Shown: positions 23,966 through 37,183 of the stretch, piece after piece
Numbering within the stretch: position 1 is the first letter of the stretch
How the letters are laid out: every line of letters begins with the position of its first letter
DNA from: Auanema rhodensis
Lineage: Eukaryota; Animalia; Nematoda
Length of the DNA stretch: 64,000 bases
Reading direction: 5' to 3'
Assembly (NCBI GenBank): GCA_964057225.1
Contig: OZ059896.1
Location: 7,130,001 to 7,194,000, forward strand
Translations under genes and position numbers: made by a program
Notes under the pieces: generated by a model
Seen by the model: the letters and a program-made list of their open reading frames with translations, nothing else
What the model was told of the DNA's origin: nothing
Database searches by the model: none

Positions 23966-26046
23966 CGAATAGGCTGGGTATGTGTGTAAGAATGTAAGTG
24001 GGCATGTGTGTGTAAGTATATATGGATATACAGATTTCTTCGTATGGTTCTGTGTTTATCTCCAAAAGCAACAGTTCGAATTCAACATCAATGCTTATAC
24101 TTCCTTTCGACATCAGACTTCTTATTCAATATTCCAACATATGTTTACTGACATATTTTTTTGATTCTCTTAATATCTTTATTTTTCTGTGTATCCTACA
24201 GCTTTGTGATTTTAGCACTATTTTTAATCGTCATTACTGTTTTTTACCCTCTGATTTATATTCTTCTCTGATCCCTCCTTACTTCTCTGAAATCTGGCAG
24301 TTACTTTCATCCGCTTGGCTTGGTCGGGTACGGATCACGGATCGTTGGAGCTTAGTAGTTAAAACAGCTTTAGCCTTCTTATTTCATCTCCGATTATATC
24401 TTTGTTGATCACTCAACATTCCAATTTACTCATTGTTCTTTTTTGCCGCTTTTCGTTCCATATTTTGTGGCTTTCTGGTCAACTGCTCATACTTAATTTT
24501 CTACATTTTCTTCATCAACGAATAATGAACTTCTTGTTTTTCTAAGTTCTATTAATTATATTCAACACTTTTTTCCTAAGAACTTCAAACATTTTTTAGC
24601 AAATTATTTATATCATTGAATTCAAGTTTTAAATCTCAAATGTTAATTTAAATTATAAGTAAGTAGCTGAAAGCAAATAAGTTTGTTCTGCAACTCTGTT
24701 TCTTTTTCTGATTAATCGCCTAGGTTCAGTTATAACCGAATGAAGTTGAGCTCAATGTTTCATACTTTCAATCTAATATTGATTTTACGCTTAAGCGAAT
24801 GACCAAAAAGCTGTTGCGATGGTTACAATCCCAAGACAATGGAAGCTGAGATTTGAATTTAATTCAATGTTACAAGTAACTGTTATTCTTTCCTGCCATC
24901 ATTATACATATGCTTTTGGATTAAATTGACCCATGACTTTCGGTGTTTTACGTGTTTTTTCACGTGATTTCACTTCGTTTCCCAATTACATCCAAGGAAC
25001 GGTTGCTCGTGCATACACAATTAACTCTCTATAATGTTTTGGCTATCTGGCATATCTTAACATACATTATCCAGTATTAATAATAATAATTAGTATTGTT
25101 ATTATAACTATTGTTCAAAATGTAATATGTTTGTTAAGGTTGAGCTGCTCTTTGCATCTCAGAATGATCTATGTATGTCAAGATGTAACAAGGACACAAC
25201 TCATCTTCATATTGCCTGTGAAACATATGAAGAGAAACTGAAGAATAGATGATAGTGAAATCAGAAAGTCAGTGAGCTGAAAGCATAATAAAAAGAAAAA
25301 CTGACAGAGGAGAAGAGAAAAAAAAGAAAGACAGAAGAGCGCCAACAGTGATTGAACGAGGAGGGAGTGAGAGAAAGAGAAATGGAGCAAAGGAGCTATA
25401 GGGTACAGTGAAAAAGCTCAGAAAAGAGAGATCGGAAGACAAAAAGACAGCAGAAGTCAAAGGAGAGAGAGAGAGAGGGAGAGAGATGTTGAGTAATGCT
25501 GTACAGACAAAGAGATTTAAGCAAGAATAGTGTGAATTCGATAAGATTGCAAGTACATCAGTGATGTGCTTATATCTTCTGAAGCTATCCCTCCTGATAT
25601 GTTTAGACTAGAATGAATGTCCTCCGGAGGATCTTAATATTATTTAAATTACATTATGATATTATTTTTACATTTTCTTAATTATTTATTTAAGCGAATA
25701 TTAAAATATAAAATATGTTGAACATTCTTTAAGTATGAATATTCTATTTATTGATTACTATCTAACTTTATCAGTAACATTTTTTTGAGTACGCAAGTTT
25801 TTCATTATTATTCTGGAAGTATAAAGCAATTAAAGCATTTCATTTCGTTCACCACTTAGTTTGAATTTGAATTTTTATTCTTGAAAGAATGAATAGCATG
25901 TTATATTACATCTAACATATGATCTTTTTTTATTTTTTATGATATTTCCTATATTAACTTCTGTTTTTTCTTCAATATTTTCCTTTCAAATAGTTTATAG
26001 TTATATCATTTTTTTCTTATACACATACATATATATAGATGTACAT

Positions 26047-26049
<3 letters not shown>

Positions 26050-26085
<36 letters not shown>
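26050..26085. repeat. (TA)n microsatellite
   Basis: Read directly from the sequence. Confidence 0.9.
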
Positions 26086-26089
<4 letters not shown>

Positions 26090-26341
26090 CCGATCAATTC
26101 AACATCTTTCTACCCGTGCTCTTCTCGGTTTGTATATGCTCATCTTGCATGAAGAACATGAGTTCTTCATGAGACTCATCTTAATCCGACACTTTCAATA
26201 CTTTTATCTTTTAGCTATTAATTATGTATTGAATTTTAGCTTCTTCTATCCTTGTTTTCCATAACTTCTTTCAGCTTTTCCTTAGTTTATGTTTCAGAGC
26301 CTTATTCAGTTTGTTGGCTGACCAGCACACAGTGTGATCTC

Positions 26342-29300
26342 ATGCTGCAGCCATCGTCAGCCTTTCGGCTCATTTACTATCTAGTGCTATTGGTAGAAAT
26401 ATCAGTTGGTGAGTTTCTTTCTTTTTGTTTACATGTTTTTTCTATATTTTTCTTTTTTTTCTGTGATTTTTCTCATTATATATTGCTTTAAAATCCTTGA
26501 AAAGTCAGATATTCTTTCAGTAAGCTATTCTCTTATCTGATATACTCCACAAAATTACTTTGTTATAATCTAGTCATTCGTTGTGGGCAATTGTGAAAGC
26601 AATATCAAAGCTTAAACAAATAAAAACAAATCATTCAGTATTTCAATGAAAAAATAAGAAAGATTTCCCAAAGATATTTATACATTCTTTGTAATTTTTT
26701 CAATCCTTCTTGCTCATATAGTCCTTCGTTTTCAAAATTAAAAAAAAATTAAATAATTAAAGTTTTTTTTCGAATCATTTTCTCATAATACTTGTTTTCA
26801 TTAATCCACAATGTTAATTGAGAAAGCCGATAGATATCATTACCAAAAAAAAAAGATTTTCCCGCATAACAACTCAGCAATAGATGATTTTCCATTTCCT
26901 ATATTTCTCAAATCTTGAAAACTGTTTTTCATAGAATATGAACTATAGTTGATACATACGCATATGTACATACATATATACTCTGTTGCCATAGAACTTG
27001 AGAAATATTCCATTTTTCTAACTTGAATTGCAAATATATTTTTTTTCTTCAACGATTATTGTAGGTATAAAATCGGAATTTTGTTACTAAGGTATCTGAG
27101 CGGAAAGAATGAAATTTAAAACATAAAACTTATTACGAACTTTGTAAACTCATAGTTTCAACATTATGTTTAATGAGAATACTTTAAAGGGTTAGCATAT
27201 CCAAAACATTATATTTATTGTTTTATAAATATATAAAATAATTAATATATTTTAAACTTCCAAGAAAAAAAAGGAGAAAAGTTCGTTTAGAAAGGTTCAA
27301 CCAAAAAGACGTAATAACCTTGTTTGAGAAACAAATTTTTTTGTTTTATGTCTAAAACTAAACTGTAATGGGATTACAACCAAAATATGTATCAGCAACT
27401 TCATTTAATGATCTTTCATTCTTGAAATAATCAACTCAGAGAGCGTAAGAACAACAGCGACATGTCTTTAAATGCTTTAGGCTACGTTAAAGCATTTAAG
27501 ATATCTCTCTGATTGAAAATTTAGAGAATTCAGCGTTTAGCAAACTGACAATAAATTCTATTTAGGTCACATAAAGTTAAAGAGTTTAAGATATCATATA
27601 GAATTGATATAGAATTGAACTAGTTAGTAATATCTTCTTGTTTTCATTCAGTACTTTCGATTTTTTCTGAACATTGACAGCTGTAAGGAAAGCATATCCA
27701 GAAAGAGCAAGATGGAAAAGTCGTAAGGGGGGTCAGCAAAATAATTTTTATTGGTTTGGATAAGAAGAACATCAATATAAAAAGCTTTGTTTGTGTATAT
27801 GGTGTAAACACATATTGTTTGGAAAAAAATAGACTTTTGAAAGATAAATTAACTAAATTATTGTCTCATTTTCTGAAATGTGTACCACAAAGTGAGATAA
27901 TATGTATGAATTGAAATAGAAAATACATAAATCTTATATCTCTTTAAAACAATTTTACTTCTTTTTTTTCTTATTCATGCCCAATAAATTATCAGAAATT
28001 CTGTAAATATATTATGTATGTGCTTTGAATTTCAATCATTTTCTTTTGACAAATGCATCCAATTTACAACAAATTCTATTTTTTTTCTCATACAAAATCG
28101 GAAAGAATGATGAAGAATATAGTTATCATTAGTAGTAATTTAATTGAAGACATGCTGAGTTTCAACCCGCTGTGCAATTTCTTTTCACAATTCTATTATC
28201 GGTCAATTCTTTTGGATATTCACTTCCTGCAATCGAATGGTTTTTGTTCTTTTATTGTCAACTTCAGGCAATCTGGAAAATGAAAGTTTCTTTAACTTTG
28301 TAATTCAGTATTGAAACACTAATCACATGAGTTATAGCATGTGCGTAAGTATGTAACGCAAAAACTTAAAGAAAAAAAAGGGAAAACAGTATTTTATTTA
28401 ATTGAAAATCAATTGTTTTCAGTAGATGATAATCATTAATGTTCTTCATATGAAGTACTTCCTTTTTTTTTTGTTTTAATGGTTTTTTTTGGTTCAGAAC
28501 AAAAAAAAATTTAAATATTAATATTAATATTGTGTAATCCAAATATGAATATTGATTTTATACATTAAGAAAAGTTCAAATATGAACTTTAAAACCTTTT
28601 TTTTCTACATAAGTTGAATATTCAATAGGAAGATATATAAATAGTAGATGTAAATATTCATTCTCTCCTAGATAATCTACTTCATTTTCTATTAATATGA
28701 ATTAAAAAATAACATATAACATTTATATTTTATAGATAATCCTAAAGATTTTACATATTTTGATATTATTATATCATATAATAATAATATTATTATTATA
28801 TAATAAATCAAAAAAAGCCCCACACTAATAATTTCTATGTGAATTTCTTCTGAAAATAATATTTTTAATTATTAGAAGTCATTGGTTGTTGTTACGAAAA
28901 GTTCTAACTAAATCAGTTTTTATTCTTTATTTAAGATATAAGTTCAGTTGCGAGATTCCGCATCTGTTGCCAATTTACCAATAAAACTGAAAAGTAGTTT
29001 GAATCTCATTTTAGTTTGTCCTTACACATTTTCTATAATTAAAGAAGATTTTATACAACATCAATAAAGATTTAAATTTAAATTTTCTACAATATATTAT
29101 ATAAATATAATATATTATATTAAATAAATTTATATTAACTATTCTAAAATAAAATTATAATCTAATATTTCTGATTGAGATTAGAATTTATCTCTGTTAA
29201 GCTCCAACCCATTTTAAAATAGCTTCGAATATCACATTCCAAAAAAAAAATTGATATAAAAGAAAATGAAATAATAATGAAAAATCTAAGAATCTAAGAA

Positions 29301-32300
29301 TCTGAGACATAAAATGAAAATCAAGAAATTATTAGAAAAGATTAAAAAAAAATGGTAAAAACTATTTTGAACTTCAAAGACAATAAGGATTTTTATTTCT
29401 ATTTTGAATATTAAATTATATTTTTTTCTATAAAACATTAATAAAATATATTTAATGATTTATTAATTTAAATCATTATTTTAATTTTCGAAATAGTATA
29501 TACCATTTATCTCATTATAGCTCTCCTAATGAATTTTTTTTTCCTGAAAAGTTGGTAATTTGAGCTTCTTCTTTGTGGAATTGCATCGAGTAGTCTTTCT
29601 TCTGTCACAGCGTAAGCTTTCCAAAATTCTACGATTAAGCTTAGCACAGAAAATCTCAAATTACGTACTTCATCAACAGTCAGGATGAATGTTGTGAATG
29701 ATGGGGTGTTTATTTGAAACAATGAATCACTGGAATTTTCTGTTCTTTAAGGGCATTTCATGGAATAAGGTGAATAAAGTCCGAAGATCAGTTTCAATAG
29801 ATTCTGCAACTTTCGAGATGTAATTGACCATAAGTACTAAATTCATACATATAATTTATTGTAATCTGAAAAATCTTTTGTTTTTTTTGATGAAAAATAA
29901 AGAAAAATAACTGAATTGTCATAACGATCTGTGTGTATGTGAGGTCGCGAAAGTACCAGCAAACGTATATGTCCCTTGAGAGCATGGTTGCATAAGAGAA
30001 GCTTGGAAAATTTTCATCCTTAGCTCTACACACGAGAGCTTAGGGACTTCTCTGAATAGAAATTTAACTGACAGGATAGAGAAATAGATATTGAAAGCAT
30101 TATTTATTAGATCAAAGATTAAAGTAAATTTCATAAAAAAACCAATTCATAAATGAGTATTATACCATCAGATATGTATAAAAGTATTTTTATTTTAGGA
30201 TTTGTGGCACAGAAAAAGGAACAGAAGCCAGTTTTGAGTGAACCACCACGACGTCGTCCAGCTTCTGACGATTTATCTTACGATAGCTTATCACTTATAC
30301 CAAATCAAGGTGAACGTGTTGGTGATCCTCATGGCAGGTACAATACTTCGTAATCTTATTGAAATATCAATGAAAATTTATTAATTAATATGAATCAATT
30401 TTGTTATTATATAATAATAATAATAATATATTTATATTAAAGTTTATAGATTAGGTTCATGGATTCGTTTAAATGCTCGACATCATATTCCAATTAAATA
30501 TCCAAGAACTCGAATAGATGTTCATGTTAGTGCAGGGCTTTATCAAATTGTCGATTTAGTAAGGATTTTATATATTTTAAAACATATTATATTAATTTAT
30601 ATACATATTAGAGCGTATATTAGACTTAATTAAAATTTATTATTGATATAAGAGGATTAAATGGAATTATTTTTTACTCAGAAAGACGAAGAATATAATT
30701 TAAATCATCTTATGATGAGATATGTAATCGCTTTTTGATAGACCAAAGCGATAATATATGATTTGTATATGTGGCCCAGCTACAGGGATAAGAGAAGCTA
30801 GAAATTGAGAGGAAGAGATATTGAAAGCGGAGAAAGTCAGAAGACGTTGTGCAAGACGCCCAGATATGTGAAGCTCCCTGGGGGCGATTAGCCTTCTAGC
30901 TTCGGTCAGACGTTGCTTGTCAGCTTCAAAAGCTGAAGAAAAAGATGTACTTTGGCCAACTTAAAATGTCCTAGGGGGTTGACAGAACCTGTGCAGAGAA
31001 CATAAGCAAAAAGCCTGCCTTTACCATTTTCTTACAGGATCAAAGAAATAATTTGGCCACAGTATCCGCATATTTCGATGTATGGTGGTATGATGAGTTC
31101 CTACAGTGGAACACAACACAGTATAATGGCATTGGAAGAATATTTGTGCCATTAAAGTGGATATGGAAGCCAGAATTCTATATGTATCATAGGTAAGTTG
31201 TTTCTTGGTTAACTATTCGAGGATATAGCTAGGCTACATCTCAATAAAAACTTGAACATGTTCTAATCCTAATCTTTGGTTACAGAAAGTAAAAAGTGTT
31301 CTTTCAGCGTTATCGGGCGAGTTCCTGATTTTCCAAACGATGCTTCAGCTGAATTGCGTTATGATGGACGTGTTCGGATGTTCGTTTCCATCGCATCAAA
31401 GAGTTTCTGTCCAATTAACTTCCGAAGATTTCCATTTGATTCACAGACATGCTCATTCTCCGTAAGTTATTTATCGAATAAGTTCAAAAAAATTGAAAGA
31501 AAATGGCCTAGTACAAGATCAAGGAATACTTTTGTTTCCGATTATATTCTCATCCAAAAAAAGACGGAAGTTTCAAACGTTTTGTGCTTCAATAAAGTAT
31601 ACAATAATAAAACGAAATGAAGGAGAAAATTCAAAAAAAGTGGAAACAGCATCAGTGAGCAAGAAAATCAATGATTCCATCTGGAAATTTGGTTTAAGAA
31701 GTATTTATACACGGCTCAATACTCTTATACTTACGAATAATATCTCCTACTTTGCTCAATTTTTAATGCTTAAAGTAAGAAACAAAAGATTTATTATTAT
31801 TAATTTTATTAAAATAATAAATAATATCTGATCATATATATATATATTTAATATTAAAACAATTTTGTTCAAAAAATTTGAAATAAAAAGCAAAAAGTAT
31901 GAAGAAATATAGCATAATGAACAGACTTAGTAGATGAAACCGTACATATACCTGAGCAGGATCAAACTAATCATCATCAGAGTATAGCTAGAATTCTTTG
32001 ATGATGAAACAATAAAATGCTGAGTTATATTTAAGCATCTGATCTCACTTGCATATCGTTCTGGTGTTCCTGAACCTTCAGAGCCGGTTTTTCCAGAACC
32101 AGTAACTCCTCCAGTTTTAAGCACAACAGCATTTGAATAACAGAGAATGGGTGATGAGCATGACTTAGATGTTGAAACATTTAAAGATTGAGCTGTTGGA
32201 TTAATCGAAGAACAAAATAAAAGATCTGGGTATGATGTACAGAGACTCGGTGCAGCATTCAGATGATAAGATGGCTGTTCCGAAGTTAAAAGTATGTCTT

Positions 32301-35300
32301 TAGCCTCATGATTACAGAAAGGTTCCAAATGAAGATGAACAGAATGAGCTGCATAGTTAGCTCCTCGTTTCAACACAATTTCTGGTTTCAAACTTTCTGA
32401 CTAAATTAGGAAATTAATTAATTGAATTCTTTATAATAAATCTCACATGCTCATGCTCCTTAAGATCGCTTGGTTTAAAAGAGATTTCAACAGGAACACG
32501 AGTTGGTCTAGATGAGTTAACTGCTGGTGTTTCAACAAGAAAATGCTCCTAAAATGAAAAAAAAATTAAAAAAAAAAGTTTTTATTCATGATATACCCGC
32601 TCAGTATAATGAAATGGTTTAACTTTCGTATATTCATATTGTACAGCATATACAGCATCATTTTCGATTGGTATTCGGAACATTCCATTTGTATTTCGAG
32701 TACTTAAAAGATTATTTTGAACTAAAAATTATCTTTTATTTAAAAGGTAAAACCTGAATGATCTGTATATGACATCAGAATCATTAGCTGTGTCAATTCG
32801 TAAAGCTTGTATGGTTACAAATGCTTCTTCTGATTCTTCTGCTGATTCTGTATTGAGAACTAATTCTCTTTCAGTATCTCCTTCGACCTTAATTGTTTTA
32901 TAAATAATAATAATAATAAAATATATAAAATACTGTATGATGTTTCAAGTTTCTTAAGTACGTTATACTTGTAGTTCCCTCAATATCACGACATTCAGTG
33001 CCATAATCTTGTGAGAAACGATTTTTGGCTGAAGCTATTTCTATACTTTTCTTCCAGCATATTCTGAAAAGTTAGATATACATGTATAACTTTTTTTTGT
33101 TTCGAAAATATACTTTTTGCAAGAAGTTGGAGTTATATGAGCTTTAACTTGATGAGAAGTTTTATTTAAATTTTCTAAATCATAACGATGATCTATCTGA
33201 AATTTACATATATTTTAACAAATATTTTCAAAGAATATATAAATCTTACCCTGATTTCTACAGTTATACTATCATCATAATGTGGTAAACGTATTTTTTC
33301 TCCAGATTTTGAATTAAGACAATCAACGTTAACATCAATAATGAGAAAACTACCATTAACTCTAGAAAATTAATAATTTTTTTTAAAACTATTTCAAAAT
33401 GTTTATAATATTACCTGTTGATTGTATCTAGCCATCTAGCTGTTACATAAAATCCTTCAGTATTTACTTCTCCGTCCAAGTTACGATGCATTTTTACCTA
33501 AAAAAGTAATTTATTATAAAAAATTATATAAACTATATAGTATATATATAATATTTATAAAAAAACTTTCTTCAAACAACGATTCTAATGAAGTGGAAGA
33601 ATTTCCTTGCCTTGGGGCAGTTTTGACTAGACGCTCTTCAACATGAGAAATATGTCTAAAAGGACATACATATAAGAAATAAATTTAAGAAAAACATTAA
33701 AACTAACCTATTATTAACTATATTATCACTTTGAAAGTATAATCCATAAAATCTATCAGGCTTAAGAAATGGTATAGTGTATTTACCTAAATAAACATTT
33801 CTATATATATTATACGTATAATATATATTTTTTTGGAGAATATTTGATAAATGGTATTATTTTCTTCATACACAACTTTCTAAAACTATAATTGCTCTTT
33901 CTTTTGAAAAGAAACGAAGTCATTAGTTCACTTCGTCGGTGAGCCTTTTTCCTCTTTCGATCACCCACCCCCCTAGGTGTACAACATTCGACTTCCCGGA
34001 ATCTTATGGAATTGGAAGGACAATTATGGTCATATGAAGAAAATAAGTTCTAAAGTTCCAGAATTATTATACATATTTCAGTATAGTTAAGATCTTAATA
34101 TTATACATATATAATATCATAGTAAATGACTTAAAAAGGTTGAAATATGCTAATATTCATCTTATTTTAAAATAATTCTTGAAGTAAAAATTATTATTTT
34201 TTCAATTTTGAACATACAAACCTCGATTTATCATCAGCCAAATACCTTGCAAATCAATGGGAGGCATAACGCGATTATCCGTTAAATCTGTTAATTCAAT
34301 TCGAATTCTTAATTTATCATGAGGACCTAAGATATTACTTTATTATAAGAAACGAAGATTCACAAATCTTTTTTTACCATTTTTTGTTGTAAAAACGATA
34401 ATCTGAGTTGGATCTGCTTGTACATTCATGATTTTATCTGTTTGTATATCAGTTGTATTAACATATGTTTCTGGATTAGCAACTGATGTTACATAGCCAG
34501 GCTGTACAGGTTGAAAGCCTTGTAACGATCTTGACGATCTATTAAACTTAGCGAAATCTATTATATCTTGTATATAATCTGTAGAATTAGTTTCAAATTC
34601 TGCAAAAGTACTATCTGAAAGTAATCAAGAATAATATAATATAATAAAATATAAAATCTACTTGTAATTGTATGAAGTATATCCGATCCTATAGTATGAT
34701 CAGCATTTGAGTTTTTAATTAAGTTGGAAACGAAGAAACATATAATAATTCGTTTAATCATTTTTTTTTCTGAAGTTAAAAGTTCACGTTTCAGCTGAAA
34801 AATGAAAATATGAATGTATCGTTGATCATGTTTAAGTCACCCAGCAAAACGAAAATATCGGAGAAAGCGGTAAAGTAGCATAAAAACTTGAAAACATTTC
34901 TTATATGATATGCTACTAAATGTCTTTTGGAAGTTTTTTTCACGAATTGGAGAGGGAGGGTTAATGCTTTGAGGAAGAGAGACAAATTAAAAGAAAGAAA
35001 AATTAAACTCAATAGAAATGAGCTTCGAAAACAGAATCAAATATGGAGAGTAAGAAGCATTGGTCTTAGACACTGAAAGGATACCTTTAAAGGAGTGTTA
35101 GAGTAGACTAAGTTTGCCTATTTTATTCTCTTTACTCTCTTTCTTTGCCACTCTCCTTTATACTCCTACTGTCTATACCGATGTATAAGGAATGTCCCTT
35201 TACCTGGGCATTATCTGCCCGGACGGAAGTACTTGGTCGATACATTCTCCAAGCCTATTGTCGTTCGGATCGGAATTCAACATCCAAAGACGTTAGCTGA

Positions 35301-37183
35301 ATGGAAGTGAATAAAGATTTTGAGACCAAGAAACCTTTTTTTTTGTTAAGTCAAAGTGCTGGAATACTTAGTTCTAATATGATCATATATAATGAATTAA
35401 AGAAACGATGTTGATCTCAATGATTTATCTTTGTTCAAATTTTTTATTTTTAGTGTGGATCATGGACATATCAATCAGATATTGTTAATTTATTGGTTGA
35501 AAAAGAAGAAATTGATTTGGGAGATTTTTATGATAATCAAGTAATAATTATAATAATTATAATATATTTAATTTATAATTATATAAGGAATGGTTATTAC
35601 TTGATGCTCGATTATATAATGGAACAACACGTCATATACCATTATCAAATGAATCATTTTCAATGGTTTATATGGAATTAGCTTTGAAACGTCAAAGTTT
35701 TTATTATGTCTTTAATCTGGTATTTCCAACAACACTAGTATGTTTTATTCAAAATTTCATTTTTTTTGATTGAAATTTGAATTAGAATTATGAATATTTT
35801 TTCTTTTCTTTTTTTAAAGGTATCATTAGTTGCTGTTATTGGATTCCATGCTCCAATAAATGCTACTGGACGACGTGAAAGTAAATTCAGACTTGGTATG
35901 AATATGAAAAGAAACAAATTGAAATTATTTCTTTAAAAAAATATATTTATTTAGGAATTATGACATTACTTTCAATGTCTGTTATGCTATTGATGTTGGT
36001 TGGTGAAATGAAATTTGCAATGGAAAGTGTACCAGGGCAACGGGGATCATTCAGTGATGTTCCATTATTAGGTAATTATTACATATAATATAATTATATT
36101 TCTTAATATTATGGTTTTTATTAATTAATAATTTTCTTTTAGGTATATACTATATGACATTAATATTCATAATCAGTATATCAACATGTACTTCATCAAT
36201 ATTTGTACATTTAGAGAAATATGCTTTAAGAAATCCTACGATTACGGTATATTACATATATTATTATTATTATTATTATTATTATTAAAACATTATACTT
36301 AAACATCAATTTCAGGCTGTTCCAAGTTATTTGCGTTGGCTCGCTGCTAAAAAACTTTTCTGCTGTTATGTTCCGAAAGGGTTTGGCTACGGTAAAGAGG
36401 AAATTGTGAGAAATAACAACATTCAGGTATCTTTAACCATAAATAGAATAAAGTCAACACAAACAAAAATCTTTGTTTCAATTAAAATCAAAATTATTAT
36501 TTTTCTTCTTCTTCAGGTTAGCTCTATTCATTCATCTCCTGATATAGGTGCTACTAAAAAATTAATACCTAAAGAGGTTAGTTAAACTTATATTCTTTGA
36601 GAAAAAAACAAAACCAAAAAAAAAAACTACTTTGTCTGCAAATTGTTTTCAAAATATTTGTGTTTAGGTTAACTTTACTGAGGTAAATCGTGATGCTCCA
36701 TTGCATGGTGAAGTACTGTTGGAGGGACATCCTGGCGCTAATTCTCGTATTGAAGTTGTTTTAAGCCTATTAAGAGAAATTGTTACATTGAAAGAAGCTG
36801 CTGCACATCATAATCAGGTAAAATATTGTATTTTCTTTTTTAAAAAAACAATCATATAGTTATATATAAATGAATATATATATATATATAGTTTATGATA
36901 TTAATGATTATAAAACAAATATCTGCTTATTGAGTAATTTTGAGTCAAAAAACACTTCCGCTGTTCCGGTTGCTAATCGAAATAGGAAAATATTAATTTT
37001 TAATATTTTTTTTTTTGGAAAAGAAAACACATTTGACACATAATCTCCATGTTTTTTTATTTTCAGCTTCGTCCATATTGGGAACGCATCTTAAAACGAT
37101 TGGAAACAATATCTTTAACATTCTATTTGACACTTATTGGAATTAATATAACATTATTTTTATATCCAGAACTGTGGTATTGA
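26342..37183 (+). CDS. Cys-loop ligand-gated ion channel, orphan non-alpha nAChR-like (lgc-type) subunit
   Basis: The signal exon MLQPSSAFRLIYYLVLLVEISV (26342-26408, phase 1) joins the exon at 30199. Motifs: WYDEFLQWN, WIWKPEFYMY, Cys-loop CPINFRRFPFDSQTC, GSWTY, M1 KRQSFYYVFNLVFPTTL, M2 KFRLGIMTLLSMSVMLL, M3 VPLLGIYY and M4 ending LYPELWY*. Loop C has no vicinal Cys. Confidence 0.92.
31927..34761 (-). CDS. Uncharacterised secreted, probably GPI-anchored surface glycoprotein nested antisense in the channel intron (about 13 exons)
   Basis: ATG follows a TTCAG acceptor. Signal peptide MIKRIIICFFVSNLIKNSNA; mostly phase-consistent exons (PHDKLRIRIELTDL...; KYTIPFLKPDRFYGLYF...; VYAVQYEYTKVKPFHY); several N-x-S/T sequons; a Cys-rich last exon ending SSSKNSSYTLMMISLILLRYMYGFIY*. 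It lies entirely within channel intron 31462-35453. Confidence 0.82.

Noticed and set aside
23739-25460. ORFs of 60-128 aa upstream of the channel
   Set aside because: They arise from purine/pyrimidine-skewed low-complexity DNA and have no splice-consistent partners or recognisable motifs.
26148-26171. 10-bp stem CATGAAGAAC/GTTCTTCATG (a similar short hairpin lies near 58467-58498)
   Set aside because: It is too short to distinguish from chance in a 64-kb AT-rich window.
29692-29769. Alternative first coding exon of the channel (MMGCLFETMNHWNFLFFKGISWNK, GT donor)
   Set aside because: It ends in phase 0 while the next exon needs phase 1, so splicing gives an early stop. The exon at 26342 fits and encodes a signal peptide.
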